A DNA stretch of 64,000 bases from the NCBI RefSeq assembly GCF_024502345.1, contig NZ_JALDNN010000001.1; one strand, written 5' to 3'. The notes beneath the pieces were generated by a model. The model saw only the letters and a program-made list of their open reading frames with translations. It did not search any database and was not told the DNA's origin. A program made the position numbers and the translations under genes. Below are positions 40,616 through 50,574 of the stretch, piece by piece (position 1 is the first letter of the stretch; every line of letters starts with the position of its first letter). The stretch is from Escherichia coli (GTDB taxonomy: Bacteria; Pseudomonadota; Gammaproteobacteria; Enterobacterales; Enterobacteriaceae).

Positions 40616-41503
40616 TTGTTAACTTCCTTGCATATTCGATTTCCATGTGATAGTGAAAATCACCAGAAGAGAATGCGATTGAGGCGTAATCAGATGAAAC
40701 AATATGAAGATGGTTATAACGTGAATGGATATAGCTGGGAAAATGAAACAATTGAGTATTTGTTGAATGATAAACAACTGACAGATAATCACATACCTGA
40801 ATGGGTTAAAAAAAATGAAATTGCAGCATTCTGGTTCTGGTTAGTTATAATTAACACAGATCCCAAACTCCTTGGGGTTCGTAATGAATTAGGGTTCAAT
40901 ACAGCCATGATGGGGCTGATTCCTGCGGGGAGTATACCCATAACAACAATTCCTTCAGATCATGAAATGAGACTGGATGTTATAAGCAAATGGATTAATG
41001 CATTAATCCTTGACAATCAATCAGATTGGTTCATCTCAACAATGCATCAAAACTGGCTGCAGATCGAAAAGAGAAACGAAGCCAAATGGCTTAAAAAGAA
41101 TACAGAACAACTCGAATGGGCATGGAAATATATCAATGCACGCATCCCGCACACGTATCTTTCCTGGTTTTATCCTGTAAGTGATAACGAAAGATACATT
41201 GCTATCGTAGTTTTACTAAAAATTTTATTCCCCGCAGATACACCATACTTACAGCAGCCAAAAGTACTTCACTATGGGGTTGCCGCAAAAGAAAAATTTT
41301 TCGACAAGATGCACAATGCATTCCGAAAACAGTTTACCGACGGAAAAAAAGATAAGCGGGTACAAATCAACGTTAAAATATCATCAGATGCAAAACGTAC
41401 TCTGGACAGACTGACCAGAGAACTGAAAACAACACAACAGGCTGTCCTGGAACATCTGATTCAGAACCACAGGCTGGTGATTCAGAACCACAGACTGGAT
41501 TAA
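40616..41503 (+). CDS. hypothetical protein (295 aa), paralog of 13312..14280; follows a 1.6-kb repeat-rich non-coding region
   Basis: Shared FW.W block; C-terminal basic segment (…KRVQINVKISSDAKRTLDRLTREL…) may be DNA-binding. Confidence 0.55.
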   Translation: MLTSLHIRFPCDSENHQKRMRLRRNQMKQYEDGYNVNGYSWENETIEYLLNDKQLTDNHIPEWVKKNEIAAFWFWLVIINTDPKLLGVRNELGFNTAMMGLIPAGSIPITTIPSDHEMRLDVISKWINALILDNQSDWFISTMHQNWLQIEKRNEAKWLKKNTEQLEWAWKYINARIPHTYLSWFYPVSDNERYIAIVVLLKILFPADTPYLQQPKVLHYGVAAKEKFFDKMHNAFRKQFTDGKKDKRVQINVKISSDAKRTLDRLTRELKTTQQAVLEHLIQNHRLVIQNHRLD

Positions 41504-42447
41504 CTTTCACCACTTCTGCTCCTGGCGATTTTCTTCTTTTGGTAGTGTCTCCTGGCTGCGGATATCAGATACTTTTCCGTCATTTTGTTGCAGAACTCTT
41601 CAATGTAGTTAATCATTTTCTGGTGTGCTTTCAGCTTTTCTTCCCCGGGGGACGCTTTCAGATAAATGTCCTCCTTTTCCACAAGCGCATTGACAAACTC
41701 CCCTAAACATCCCTGGTTATAAAGCGACGTGAAAAACAACACATCCCCCAGTCTCTCCAGTAACTGTGGTTTATCCCCGAAATGTTTTTTTATACTTTCA
41801 AAAGGTTTTCTATTTTCCGGATCAAAAAAAACACTTAATCCCAGTCGCTTATATTCCTGGTAAAAAAGTTCAAACGTCGGGGATGCTGAACGGCAAATAA
41901 ACGAAGACTGCGCCCATGGATTAAAATCTGTGACACGCCTCCCCTCCCGCACTTCCTGTCGTGTCAGCGGTGGTTCAGCAAACCAGGCGTCCAGCTCAGC
42001 CGAATCGTTATCCCTGCTCAAAACCTCATACAAACTGCCCGTGAACGGTTGAGCCGTTTGTTTTGTTGCTTCGCCTTCTGATTGTCTGAATCCATCCACT
42101 TTTCTCCGGATATTACGCGGAATCAGCATAAAAGGCGGGACATTAAGTGATAAACGTTTACCCGTCATGCGATACCATTGACCTACCTCAACCTTAATCC
42201 GTGTATCTGACCTTAGCTCAAGTGCCATTATGCTAAGCAGGTACAGATAACGCACCGTATAACGATTAAAATGTTTCTCCGGATCAAACGATTCGGACCG
42301 TTCTCCTCTGTACACGACTCTGCTGCGCTTCAGTATTCGCAGAGTATATTTCCAGGCCGGACTTTTACAAATGGCGGTAACTCTGGCCTTATTAACAATG
42401 TCGCGTAATGCATCAATCTGTTGTGCAGTCATCTCTTCCCTCCACAC
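41500..42447 (-). CDS. hypothetical protein (315 aa)
   Basis: Complete ORF convergent with the upstream gene; no confident family. Confidence 0.45.
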   Translation of the reverse strand: MWREEMTAQQIDALRDIVNKARVTAICKSPAWKYTLRILKRSRVVYRGERSESFDPEKHFNRYTVRYLYLLSIMALELRSDTRIKVEVGQWYRMTGKRLSLNVPPFMLIPRNIRRKVDGFRQSEGEATKQTAQPFTGSLYEVLSRDNDSAELDAWFAEPPLTRQEVREGRRVTDFNPWAQSSFICRSASPTFELFYQEYKRLGLSVFFDPENRKPFESIKKHFGDKPQLLERLGDVLFFTSLYNQGCLGEFVNALVEKEDIYLKASPGEEKLKAHQKMINYIEEFCNKMTEKYLISAARRHYQKKKIARSRSGES

Positions 42448-42538
42448 TTTGCCACTCCAGATTTTTTCACGCCCATATTACCTGAATGATAAACCGGATT
42501 AGTGTGATCCGGTTCAGTGAAATCAACAGGATACCGGT

Positions 42539-43423
42539 ATGTCATTCAGCCATTCTTCCCTCTCCGCACAAGTGAAATCATATCTGACGTTTCTTCCTGA
42601 AGAAATTCGCCAGAAAATCCTTGAACATCTCCACGGTGTTATTCATTACGAGCCCGTAATTGGCATTATGGGTAAATCCGGCACCGGCAAAAGCAGTCTG
42701 TGTAATGCCATTTTTCAGTCCCGTATCTGCGCCACGCATCCCCTGAACGGCTGCACCCGCCAGGCTCATCGTCTTACCCTGCAGCTCGGTGAACGCAGAA
42801 TGACGCTGGTCGATATGCCCGGCATTGGTGAGACACCGCAGCATGATCAGGAATACCGGGAGCTTTACCGTCAGTTACTGCCGGAACTGGATCTGATTAT
42901 CTGGATCCTGCGGGCTGATGAACGTGCGTATGCTGCTGATATTGCCATGCATCAGTTTTTACTGAATGAAGGTGCAGATCCCTCGCGTTTTCTGTTTGTT
43001 CTCAGCCATGCCGATCGCGTGTTTCCTGCTGAAGAATGGAACGACACAGAAAAATGCCCGTCCCGTCAGCAGGCGCTCTCACTGGCGACGGTGACAGCCC
43101 GGGTGGCAACCCTGTTCCCTTCATCATTTCCGGTACTCTCCGTTGCCGCACCTGTCGGCTGGAACCTTCCGGCGTTTGTGTCGCTGATGATCCACGCACT
43201 GCCACCACAGGCAACCAGTGCGGTTTATTCACATATCCGGGGGGAAAACCGCTCTGAACAGGCCCGGAAACACGCACAACAGACTTTTGGTGAAACCATC
43301 GGGAAAAGTTTTGACGACGCCGTTGCCCGTTTCAGTTTTCCGGCCTGGATGTTACAGCTTCTGCGCAAAACCCGGGACCGCATTATCCACCTGCTGGTCA
43401 CGCTGTGGGATCACCTGTTCTGA
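42539..43423 (+). CDS. YeeP/YfjP/YkfA-family GTPase
   Basis: G1 motif GIMGKSGTGKSSL, G3 DMPGIGE. Confidence 0.8.
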   Translation: MSFSHSSLSAQVKSYLTFLPEEIRQKILEHLHGVIHYEPVIGIMGKSGTGKSSLCNAIFQSRICATHPLNGCTRQAHRLTLQLGERRMTLVDMPGIGETPQHDQEYRELYRQLLPELDLIIWILRADERAYAADIAMHQFLLNEGADPSRFLFVLSHADRVFPAEEWNDTEKCPSRQQALSLATVTARVATLFPSSFPVLSVAAPVGWNLPAFVSLMIHALPPQATSAVYSHIRGENRSEQARKHAQQTFGETIGKSFDDAVARFSFPAWMLQLLRKTRDRIIHLLVTLWDHLF

Positions 43424-43541
43424 ACGCCCCGGAGTCCCCCGTGGCAACCGTATACCTTTACACGACAACGGATTACGGTAACCACTGCCGTATACCGTCT
43501 GTCATTATCAATAACACGCTCTTTAATTTCAGAGGTCAGTC

Positions 43542-44219
43542 ATGAATACCAGAATTCTTTTTCCCCTGCTGTTCACTGTGGCATCATTCTCCGCCTCCGC
43601 CGGCAACTGGGCTGTCAAAAACGGCTGGTGTCAGACCATGACGGAAGATGGTCAGGCGCTGGTAATGCTGAAAAATGGCACGATTGGTATTACCGGCCTG
43701 ATGCAGGGATGCCCGAATAGCGTACAGACGCTCCTGGGCAACCGTATCAGTATTAACGGTAACCTGATCCCCACATCACAAATGTGTAATCAGCAGACAG
43801 GATTCAGGGCTGTTGAGGTGGAAGTCGGACAGGCGCCGGAAATGGTCAAAAAAGCCGTTCACTCCATAGCAGAGCGTGATGTGTCAGTTTTACAGGCATT
43901 TGGTGTACGAATGGAATTCACCCGCGGTGATATGCTGAAGGTCTGTCCGAAATTTGTCACATCACTTGCCGGTTTTTCCCCGAAACAGACACCCGCCATT
44001 AATAAAGATTCCGTCCTGCAGGCTGCCCGGCAGGCATACGCCCGGGAATATGACGAGGAAACAACAGAAACCGCTGATTTTGGCTCTTACGAAGTAAAAG
44101 GCAATAAGGTTGAGTTTGAAGTATTCAATCCTGAAGACCGTGCGTACGACAAAGTGACCGTCACGGTTGGTGCTGACGGTAATGCCACCGGCGCCAGCGT
44201 TGAATTTATCGGAAAATAG
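43542..44219 (+). CDS. secreted hypothetical protein
   Basis: Signal peptide [20 protein letters not shown]. Confidence 0.55.
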   Translation: MNTRILFPLLFTVASFSASAGNWAVKNGWCQTMTEDGQALVMLKNGTIGITGLMQGCPNSVQTLLGNRISINGNLIPTSQMCNQQTGFRAVEVEVGQAPEMVKKAVHSIAERDVSVLQAFGVRMEFTRGDMLKVCPKFVTSLAGFSPKQTPAINKDSVLQAARQAYAREYDEETTETADFGSYEVKGNKVEFEVFNPEDRAYDKVTVTVGADGNATGASVEFIGK

Positions 44220-44224
44220 CCGGT

Positions 44225-44458
44225 ATGTCGGACTGCCACCCTGTTTTATTGCCCGAAGGCCCTTTCTCACGCGAACAGGCGATGGCTGTCACAACAGCTT
44301 ACCACAATGTGCTTATTGAAGATGATCAGGGAACGCATTTCCGGCTGGTTATCCGCAATGCTGAAGGGCAGCTACGCTGGCGGTGCTGGAATTTTGAACC
44401 TGATGCCGGAAAACAGCTAAATCCGTATCTCGCCAGTGAGGGAATTCTCAGGCAATAA
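44225..44458 (+). CDS. DUF905-family protein (YkfF-like)
   Basis: …[38 protein letters not shown]… ; paralog of 17941..18174. Confidence 0.8.
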   Translation: MSDCHPVLLPEGPFSREQAMAVTTAYHNVLIEDDQGTHFRLVIRNAEGQLRWRCWNFEPDAGKQLNPYLASEGILRQ

Positions 44459-44480
44459 ACGTCTTCATTTCATCCATCAG

Positions 44481-44512
44481 GCCACGTCTTCTCCGGGAGA
44501 CGTGGCTTTTTC
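44481..44512 (+). terminator. putative rho-independent terminator
   Basis: Stem GCCACGTCT / AGACGTGGC followed by TTTTT. Confidence 0.6.
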
Positions 44513-44556
44513 ATTTATTACACCAGTAAATCTTAATCACCAATAAGGAGCAAATC

Positions 44557-45375
44557 ATGCGATTAGCAAGTCGTTTTGGTTATGCGAACCAGATACGCCG
44601 TGACCGCCCCTTAACTCGCGAAGAACTGATGCAGGTCGTCCCCAGCGTATTCGGGGAAAATAAGCACACATCCAGAAGCGAGAACTATACCTGGATCCCC
44701 ACCATCACCGTGCTGGAAAGCCTGCAGCGGGAAGGCTTTCAGCCCTTCTTTGCCTGCCAGACCCGCGTACGTGACCCGGGCCGCCGGGGGTATACCAAAC
44801 ACATGCTGCGTCTGCGCCATGACGGGGAGATAAACGGACAACATGTCCCTGAAATCATCCTACTGAACTCCCATGACGGTACCTCCAGCTACCAGATGCT
44901 GCCGGGTTACTTCAGGTTCGTCTGCCAGAACGGCTGCGTCTGTGGTCAGTCTCTGGGGGAAGTGCGTGTTCCACACCGGGGAAATGTGGTGGACAGAGTC
45001 ATTGAAGGGGCTTACGAGGTGGTGGGCGTGTTTGACCGGATTGAGGAAAAGCGTGATGCCATGCAGTCGCTGGTCCTGCCGCCACCGGCACGCCAGGCGC
45101 TGGCACAGGCGGCGCTGACTTACCGTTATGGTGACGAACATCAGCCCGTCACCACCGCTGACATTCTGACACCACGACGCAGGGAGGATTACGGTAAGGA
45201 CCTGTGGAGTGCTTATCAGACCATCCAGGAGAATATGCTGAAAGGCGGGATTTCCGGGCGCAGCGCAAAAGGAAAACGTATCCATACCCGGGCCATTCAC
45301 AGCATCGGTACCGACATTAAGCTCAATCGCGCATTGTGGGTGATGGCAGAAACGCTGCTGGAGAGCATGCGCTGA
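44557..45375 (+). CDS. DUF932-family protein (YafZ-like), intact copy
   Basis: 272 aa; N-terminal 86 aa nearly identical to the truncated 18278 copy. Confidence 0.8.
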   Translation: MRLASRFGYANQIRRDRPLTREELMQVVPSVFGENKHTSRSENYTWIPTITVLESLQREGFQPFFACQTRVRDPGRRGYTKHMLRLRHDGEINGQHVPEIILLNSHDGTSSYQMLPGYFRFVCQNGCVCGQSLGEVRVPHRGNVVDRVIEGAYEVVGVFDRIEEKRDAMQSLVLPPPARQALAQAALTYRYGDEHQPVTTADILTPRRREDYGKDLWSAYQTIQENMLKGGISGRSAKGKRIHTRAIHSIGTDIKLNRALWVMAETLLESMR

Positions 45376-45466
45376 TGCTGTTTCCCTGAAAGTACAGCCC
45401 TGACTCACGGCTGTACCAGTCTCCGGGCATTCTTCCATTCATTTACTTTTTATAAGGAATAACCTC

Positions 45467-45952
45467 ATGACAACCGTTTCGCATAATTCCACCACACCTT
45501 CTGTTTCCGTAACCGCTGCATCAGGGAATAACCCACCTCAGCTGGTTGCCACTCCCGTCCCTGATGAACAGTGCATCAGCTTCTGGCCGCAGCACTTTGG
45601 CCTCATTCCACAGTGGGTGACCCTGGAGCCCCGTATCTTCGGCTGGATGGACCGTCTGTGTGAAGACTACTGCGGTGGTATCTGGAATCTGTACACCCTG
45701 AACAACGGTGGGGCATTTATGGCACCCGAACCGGATGACGATGATGACGAAACATGGGTACTGTTCAATGCCATGAACGGTAACCGCGCTGAAATGAGTC
45801 CGGAAGCCGCCGGCATTGCTGCCTGTCTGATGACGTACAGTCATCATGCCTGTCGAACGGAGTGTTATGCCATGACGGTCCACTATTACCGGCTGCGGGA
45901 TTACGCCCTACAGCATCCGGAATGCAGCGCCATTATGCGCATCATCGACTGA
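45467..45952 (+). CDS. antirestriction protein (YfjX/YafX/KlcA-like)
   Basis: …FWPQHFGLIPQWVTLEPRIFGWMDRLCEDYCGGIWNLYTLNNGGAFMAP… is typical of the antirestriction family. Confidence 0.8.
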   Translation: MTTVSHNSTTPSVSVTAASGNNPPQLVATPVPDEQCISFWPQHFGLIPQWVTLEPRIFGWMDRLCEDYCGGIWNLYTLNNGGAFMAPEPDDDDDETWVLFNAMNGNRAEMSPEAAGIAACLMTYSHHACRTECYAMTVHYYRLRDYALQHPECSAIMRIID

Positions 45953-46444
45953 ATGGAGACAGGGACAATGCAGCAGCTTTCCTTTCTGCCCGGAGAGATG
46001 ACGCCCGGCGAGCGCAGTCTCATTCTGCGGGCCCTGAAAACCCTGGACCGCCATCTTCATGAACCCGGCGTGGCCTTCACCTCCACCCGTGCGGCACGGG
46101 AATGGCTGATTCTGAACATGGCGGGACTGGAGCGTGAAGAATTCCGGGTGCTGTATCTGAATAACCAGAATCAGCTGATTGCCGGTGAGACCCTCTTCAC
46201 AGGCACCATCAACCGCACGGAAGTCCATCCCCGGGAAGTGATTAAACGCGCCCTGTATCACAATGCCGCAGCCGTGGTGCTGGCACACAATCACCCGTCA
46301 GGTGAAGTCACACCCAGTAAGGCTGACCGCCTTATTACGGAACGTCTGGTACAGGCACTGGCCCTGGTGGATATCCGGGTGCCGGACCATCTGATAATCG
46401 GTGGCAGCCAGGTTTTCTCCTTTGCTGAACACGGTCTGCTTTAA
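45953..46444 (+). CDS. RadC-like JAB-domain protein (YeeS/YfjY/YkfG-like)
   Basis: JAMM motif …HNHPSGEVTPSKAD… . Confidence 0.85.
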   Translation: METGTMQQLSFLPGEMTPGERSLILRALKTLDRHLHEPGVAFTSTRAAREWLILNMAGLEREEFRVLYLNNQNQLIAGETLFTGTINRTEVHPREVIKRALYHNAAAVVLAHNHPSGEVTPSKADRLITERLVQALALVDIRVPDHLIIGGSQVFSFAEHGLL

Positions 46445-46512
46445 CCCGTCACCATCACAACCACATCACACTTGTTTTCACTTTTATCTTCTGTCTTCAG
46501 AGGTATCCCATC

Positions 46513-46734
46513 ATGAAAATTATCACCCGTGGTGAAGCCATGCGTATTCACCAACAGAATCCTGCATCCCGTCTTTTTCCGTTCTGTACCGGTAAGTACC
46601 GCTGGCACGGCAGTGCTGAAACGTATACCGGTCGTGAAGTGCAGGATATTCCCGGTGTGCTGGCCGTGTTTGCTGAACGCCGTAAGGACAGTTTTGGCCC
46701 GTATGTCCGGTTGATGAGCGTCACTCTGAACTGA
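46513..46734 (+). CDS. DUF987-family protein (YeeT/YkfH-like)
   Basis: MKIITRGEAMRIHQQNPASRLFPFCTGKYRWHGSAETYTGREVQDIPGVLAVFAERR… . Confidence 0.8.
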   Translation: MKIITRGEAMRIHQQNPASRLFPFCTGKYRWHGSAETYTGREVQDIPGVLAVFAERRKDSFGPYVRLMSVTLN

Positions 46735-46752
46735 GTCAGAAAGGGGATTCTG

Positions 46753-47784
46753 ATGAGCAGCATTATCACCACCACAGTGTATACGCTGGATGAACTTTCC
46801 TGCCCTTCTGCACGGGAAAAAGCCCGCGACTGGTACCGTGTGCACCATTCTGACAGCAACTGGTATGAAAACGTGTACGAGGACTTCAGGGCGGTCTGTG
46901 GCATTTTCGGAATTGACCTCCGCCAGCGCGTTTTCCGGCTCAGCAACGGCAGGTTTATGGAAGAGCCGTGCATCTGGTTCAGCGGATTCTGCAGCCAGGG
47001 GGACGGAGCCTGTTTTGAAGGACGCTGGCACTGGCAGTCAGCAACAGCCAGGAGGCTCCGGGAGTATGCCACACAGGACCATGAACTCCATCGTATCGCG
47101 GATGCCCTGCAGGCGGTGCAGAAACGTAACTTCTGGCAACTGCAGGCTGAAATCCACCACCGGGGACGTTACTGCCATCCGTACAGCATGGATATCACTG
47201 TTACCCGGAACAGTCCGACTGGTCAGGCTATGACAGCCGATGCGGAAGCCGCTGTCAGCGAAGCCCTGCGCGACCTGGCCTTCTGGTTGTACCGTCAGCT
47301 GGAAAACGAGTACGACAGGCTGACCTCTGATGCCGCTGTTGATGAGGCCCTTCTCATCAACGAATACACCTTCACCGAAGCCGGTCTGCGCGCCGGCTTA
47401 CCTGAGGACTTTATCGTGTCAGACAAACTCCATGAGACAAATTATCCCGACGACCATAACGACCGCCTCTGGTGGGGACTGCTCTGCACCGTGACGCCCT
47501 GTTTCGGGGCACGTCTGGTGCAGGAGGGTAACCGGTTGCATTACCTTGTCGACCGCGCCGGCATCAGAGGCCTGTTCAGCGATGCAGATGCGTACCACCT
47601 GGACCAGGCCTTTCCGCTGCTGATGAAACAACTGGAGCTCATGCTCACCAGCGGTGAACTGAATCCCCGCCATCAGCATACCGTGACACTGTATGCGAAG
47701 GGGCTGACCTGTGAAGCCGACACCCTCGGCTCCTGTGGTTACGTTTATCTGGCTGTTTATCCGACGCCCGAAACGAAAAAGTAA
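46753..47784 (+). CDS. 343-codon ORF: unknown 222-aa N-terminal region fused in frame to a CbeA/YeeU-type antitoxin domain (C-terminal about 122 aa)
   Basis: C-terminal part …DDHNDRLWWGLLCTVTPCFGARLVQEGNRLHYLVDRAGIRGLFSDADAYHLDQAFPLLMKQLELMLTSGELNPRHQHTVTLYAKGLTCEADTLGSCGYVYLAVYPTPE matches CbeA. A GTG at 47418 sits where K-12 cbeA has its ATG, so a 122-aa product from 47418 is also possible. Confidence 0.6.
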   Translation: MSSIITTTVYTLDELSCPSAREKARDWYRVHHSDSNWYENVYEDFRAVCGIFGIDLRQRVFRLSNGRFMEEPCIWFSGFCSQGDGACFEGRWHWQSATARRLREYATQDHELHRIADALQAVQKRNFWQLQAEIHHRGRYCHPYSMDITVTRNSPTGQAMTADAEAAVSEALRDLAFWLYRQLENEYDRLTSDAAVDEALLINEYTFTEAGLRAGLPEDFIVSDKLHETNYPDDHNDRLWWGLLCTVTPCFGARLVQEGNRLHYLVDRAGIRGLFSDADAYHLDQAFPLLMKQLELMLTSGELNPRHQHTVTLYAKGLTCEADTLGSCGYVYLAVYPTPETKK

Positions 47785-47873
47785 CTCTCCAGAATAACCT
47801 TCTACTCCGGCCTGGTGCTTTCACCACGCCACTTTTCCATTTTTCATCTCTGCATATCAGGAAAATCTTCAGT

Positions 47874-48251
47874 ATGAAAACATTACCTGTATTACCCGGG
47901 CAGGCGGCCAGTTCACGCCCGTCTCCGGTTGAAATCTGGCAGACACTGCTCACCCGACTGCTGGATCAGCACTACGGCCTTACGCTGAATGACACACCGT
48001 TCGCTGATGAACGTGTGATTGAGCAGCATATTGAGGCAGGCATTTCACTGTGCGATGCGGTGAACTTTCTCGTTGAAAAATACGCACTGGTACGTACCGA
48101 CCAGCCGGGATTCAGCGCCTGTACCCGTTCTCAGTTAATAAACAGTATTGATATCCTCCGGGCACGCCGGGCAACCGGCCTGATGACACGCGACAACTAC
48201 AGAACGGTAAATAACATTACCCTGGGTAAACATCCGGGGGCGAAACAATGA
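47874..48251 (+). CDS. cbtA: CbtA/YeeV-family type IV toxin
   Basis: MKTLPVLPGQAASSRPSPVEIWQTLLTRLLDQHYGLTLNDTPFADERVIEQHIEAGISLCDAVNFLVEKY… closely matches CbtA-family toxins. Confidence 0.85.
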   Translation: MKTLPVLPGQAASSRPSPVEIWQTLLTRLLDQHYGLTLNDTPFADERVIEQHIEAGISLCDAVNFLVEKYALVRTDQPGFSACTRSQLINSIDILRARRATGLMTRDNYRTVNNITLGKHPGAKQ

Positions 48252-48670
48252 AACTGGCCCTGACGCTGGAAGCCGACAGCATTAATGCGCAGGCGCTGAA
48301 CATGGGGCGCATTGTCGTTGACGTCGATGGTATTGAGCTCGCTGAACTGATTAACAAAGTCGCTGAAAACGGTTATTCACTCCGCGTGGTGGATGAACGT
48401 GACGCTACCGAAACACCGGCGACTTCTGCCAGCCCTCATCAGTTGCCGGAAGACAATACAGTGATACAGAGCGTGATGCCATTAACCACTGAAACAGCGC
48501 TGGATATCCTCATTGCGTGGCTGCAGGACAATATTGACTGCGAATCGGAAATTATCTTTGACAACAATGAGGACAAAACGGATTCGGCAGCACTGTTGCC
48601 CTGTATTGAACAGGCCAGGGAGGATATCCGTACCCTGCGCCAACTGCAGCTTCTGTACCAGAACCAGTGA
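48248..48670 (+). CDS. YeeW-like (DUF5983) protein
   Basis: Position just downstream of cbtA with 4-nt overlap; acidic 140-aa protein. Confidence 0.6.
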   Translation: MKLALTLEADSINAQALNMGRIVVDVDGIELAELINKVAENGYSLRVVDERDATETPATSASPHQLPEDNTVIQSVMPLTTETALDILIAWLQDNIDCESEIIFDNNEDKTDSAALLPCIEQAREDIRTLRQLQLLYQNQ

Positions 48671-48754
48671 GTCTTACTCACCAGACTTCATTCCACTGAC
48701 GCCAGCCTGAACAGGGCTGGCGTTTTCATTTATCTGCAAAAAGGAATATCGATT

Positions 48755-49597
48755 ATGTCTGAAATCACAGCCCCCCGTCCGGAAGTGGTCAACGGGCATA
48801 CGGACGTTATCTGTTCAACCAGTATCCGCCACATTCTGGCTGTACGAAAGAGTACGCTGCTGCAAATCGACACACTTACCCGGCAACTGGCAGAAATCTC
48901 AGCAATGACAGAAAGTATTGGCGGTAAAACCGCACTGGACTGGGCGATGAAACAGGATTTTCGCTGTGGTTGCTGGCTGATGGAAAAACCTGAAACGGCA
49001 ATGAAAGCCATCACCCGCAATCTCGATCGCGAAATCTGGCGTGACCTGATGCAACGTTCCGGGATGCTGTCATTAATGGATGCGCAGGCCCGTGAGACAT
49101 GGTACCGGTCACTGGAGCACGATAATTTTCCGGAAATCAGTGAAGCGAACATTCTGAGCACATTTGAACAACTACACCAGAATAAGGATGAGGTGTTTGA
49201 GCGAGGGGTGATCAACGTCTTCAGGGGACTGAACTGGAATTACAAAACCAATTGCCCCTGCAAATTTGGCAGTAAAATTATCGTCAACAACCTAGTGAGG
49301 TGGGACCGGTGGGGGTTTCATCTTATCACCGGGCAACAGACTGACCGACTCGTCGACCTGGAAAGAATGCTACATCTGTTCAGCGGCAAACCGATCCCCG
49401 ACAACCGGGAAAACATCACTATTCGTCTGGATGGTCACATCCAGTCCGTTCAGGGTAAAGAGCGCTATGAAGACGAGATGTTCATCATTAAATACTTTAA
49501 GAAGGGATCTGCACACATCACTTTCAAAAGGCTGGAACTGATTGACAGAATTAACGATATAATAGCCAGGTACTTTCCTTCTGTACTCTCAGCCTGA
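48755..49597 (+). CDS. DUF4942-family protein
   Basis: 280-aa ORF in the position usual for DUF4942 genes at the distal end of CP4-like islands; assignment from memory. Confidence 0.6.
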   Translation: MSEITAPRPEVVNGHTDVICSTSIRHILAVRKSTLLQIDTLTRQLAEISAMTESIGGKTALDWAMKQDFRCGCWLMEKPETAMKAITRNLDREIWRDLMQRSGMLSLMDAQARETWYRSLEHDNFPEISEANILSTFEQLHQNKDEVFERGVINVFRGLNWNYKTNCPCKFGSKIIVNNLVRWDRWGFHLITGQQTDRLVDLERMLHLFSGKPIPDNRENITIRLDGHIQSVQGKERYEDEMFIIKYFKKGSAHITFKRLELIDRINDIIARYFPSVLSA

Positions 49598-49707
49598 TCC
49601 CAAGTGTGATTCCCTTTCGATATCAAAAGGGACTGCGGGTATAATTGAGGGTACATTTTTAATCAAACCAAGTAAATTATATTAATATCAATATGATAAA
49701 AGAAATT

Positions 49708-49729
49708 TTCGATTCCGAGTCCGGCACCA
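49708..49729 (+). repeat. tRNA-Phe 3'-end remnant (island attR-like repeat)
   Basis: TTCGATTCCGAGTCCGGCACCA matches the last 22-23 nt of E. coli tRNA-Phe (one G fewer); upstream sequence is not tRNA-like. Confidence 0.7.
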
Positions 49730-49738
49730 AATTCATAT

Positions 49739-49766
49739 AAACGGACCTCCACGGAGGTCCGTTTTT
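49739..49766 (+). terminator. rho-independent terminator (tRNA-locus type)
   Basis: Stem AAACGGACCT / AGGTCCGTTT with the T-run GTTTTT. Confidence 0.65.
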
Positions 49767-49876
49767 CGTTTCAGGACGCCACGATTTAAGCGTTCTGCCG
49801 CCAAATCAATTCTACCGAACTCAACCAGATTCTCCCCACATCACCAGCAATTTGCGGGCATGGTAATGACTCCAAC

Positions 49877-50380
49877 TTATTGATAGTGTTTTATGTTCAG
49901 ATAATGCCCGATGACTTTGTCATGCAGCTCCACCGATTTTGAGAACGACAGCGACTTCCGTCCCAGCCGTGCCAGGTGCTGCCTCAGATTCAGGTTATGC
50001 CGCTCAATTCGCTGCGTATATCGCTTGCTGATTACGTGCAGCTTTCCCTTCAGGCGGGATTCATACAGCGGCCAGCCATCCGTCATCCATATCACCACGT
50101 CAAAGGGTGACAGCAGGCTCATAAGACGCCCCAGCGTCGCCATAGTGCGTTCACCGAATACGTGCGCAACAACCGTCTTCCGGAGCCTGTCATACGCGTA
50201 AAACAGCCAGCGCTGGCGCGATTTAGCCCCGACGTATCCCCACTGTTCGTCCATTTCCGCGCAGACGATGACGTCACTGCCCGGCTGTATGCGCGAGGTT
50301 ACCGACTGCGGCCTGAGTTTTTTAAATGGCGGAAAATCGTGTTGAGGCCAACGCCCATAATGCGGGCGGTTGCCCGGCAT
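49877..50380 (-). CDS. insB: IS1 InsB
   Basis: [16 protein letters not shown]…[15 protein letters not shown], near-identical to IS1 InsB. Confidence 0.95.
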   Translation of the reverse strand: MPGNRPHYGRWPQHDFPPFKKLRPQSVTSRIQPGSDVIVCAEMDEQWGYVGAKSRQRWLFYAYDRLRKTVVAHVFGERTMATLGRLMSLLSPFDVVIWMTDGWPLYESRLKGKLHVISKRYTQRIERHNLNLRQHLARLGRKSLSFSKSVELHDKVIGHYLNIKHYQ

Positions 50381-50574
50381 CCAACGCCATTCATGGCCAT
50401 ATCAATGATTTTCTGGTGCGTACCGGGTTGAGAAGCGGTGTAAGTGAACTGCAGTTGCCATGTTTTACGGCAGTGAGAGCAGAGATAGCGCTGATGTCCG
50501 GCGGTGCTTTTGCCGTTACGCACCACCCCGTCAGTAGCTGAACAGGAGGGACAGCTGATAGAAACAGAAGCCAC
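50299..50574 (-). CDS. insA: IS1 InsA
   Basis: [48 protein letters not shown]… . Confidence 0.95.
   Translation of the reverse strand: MASVSISCPSCSATDGVVRNGKSTAGHQRYLCSHCRKTWQLQFTYTASQPGTHQKIIDMAMNGVGCRATARIMGVGLNTIFRHLKNSGRSR

Noticed and set aside
49700-49735. Possible intact tRNA-Phe gene
   Set aside because: Only the 3' 22 nt match; the upstream 50 nt lack acceptor, D and anticodon arms.
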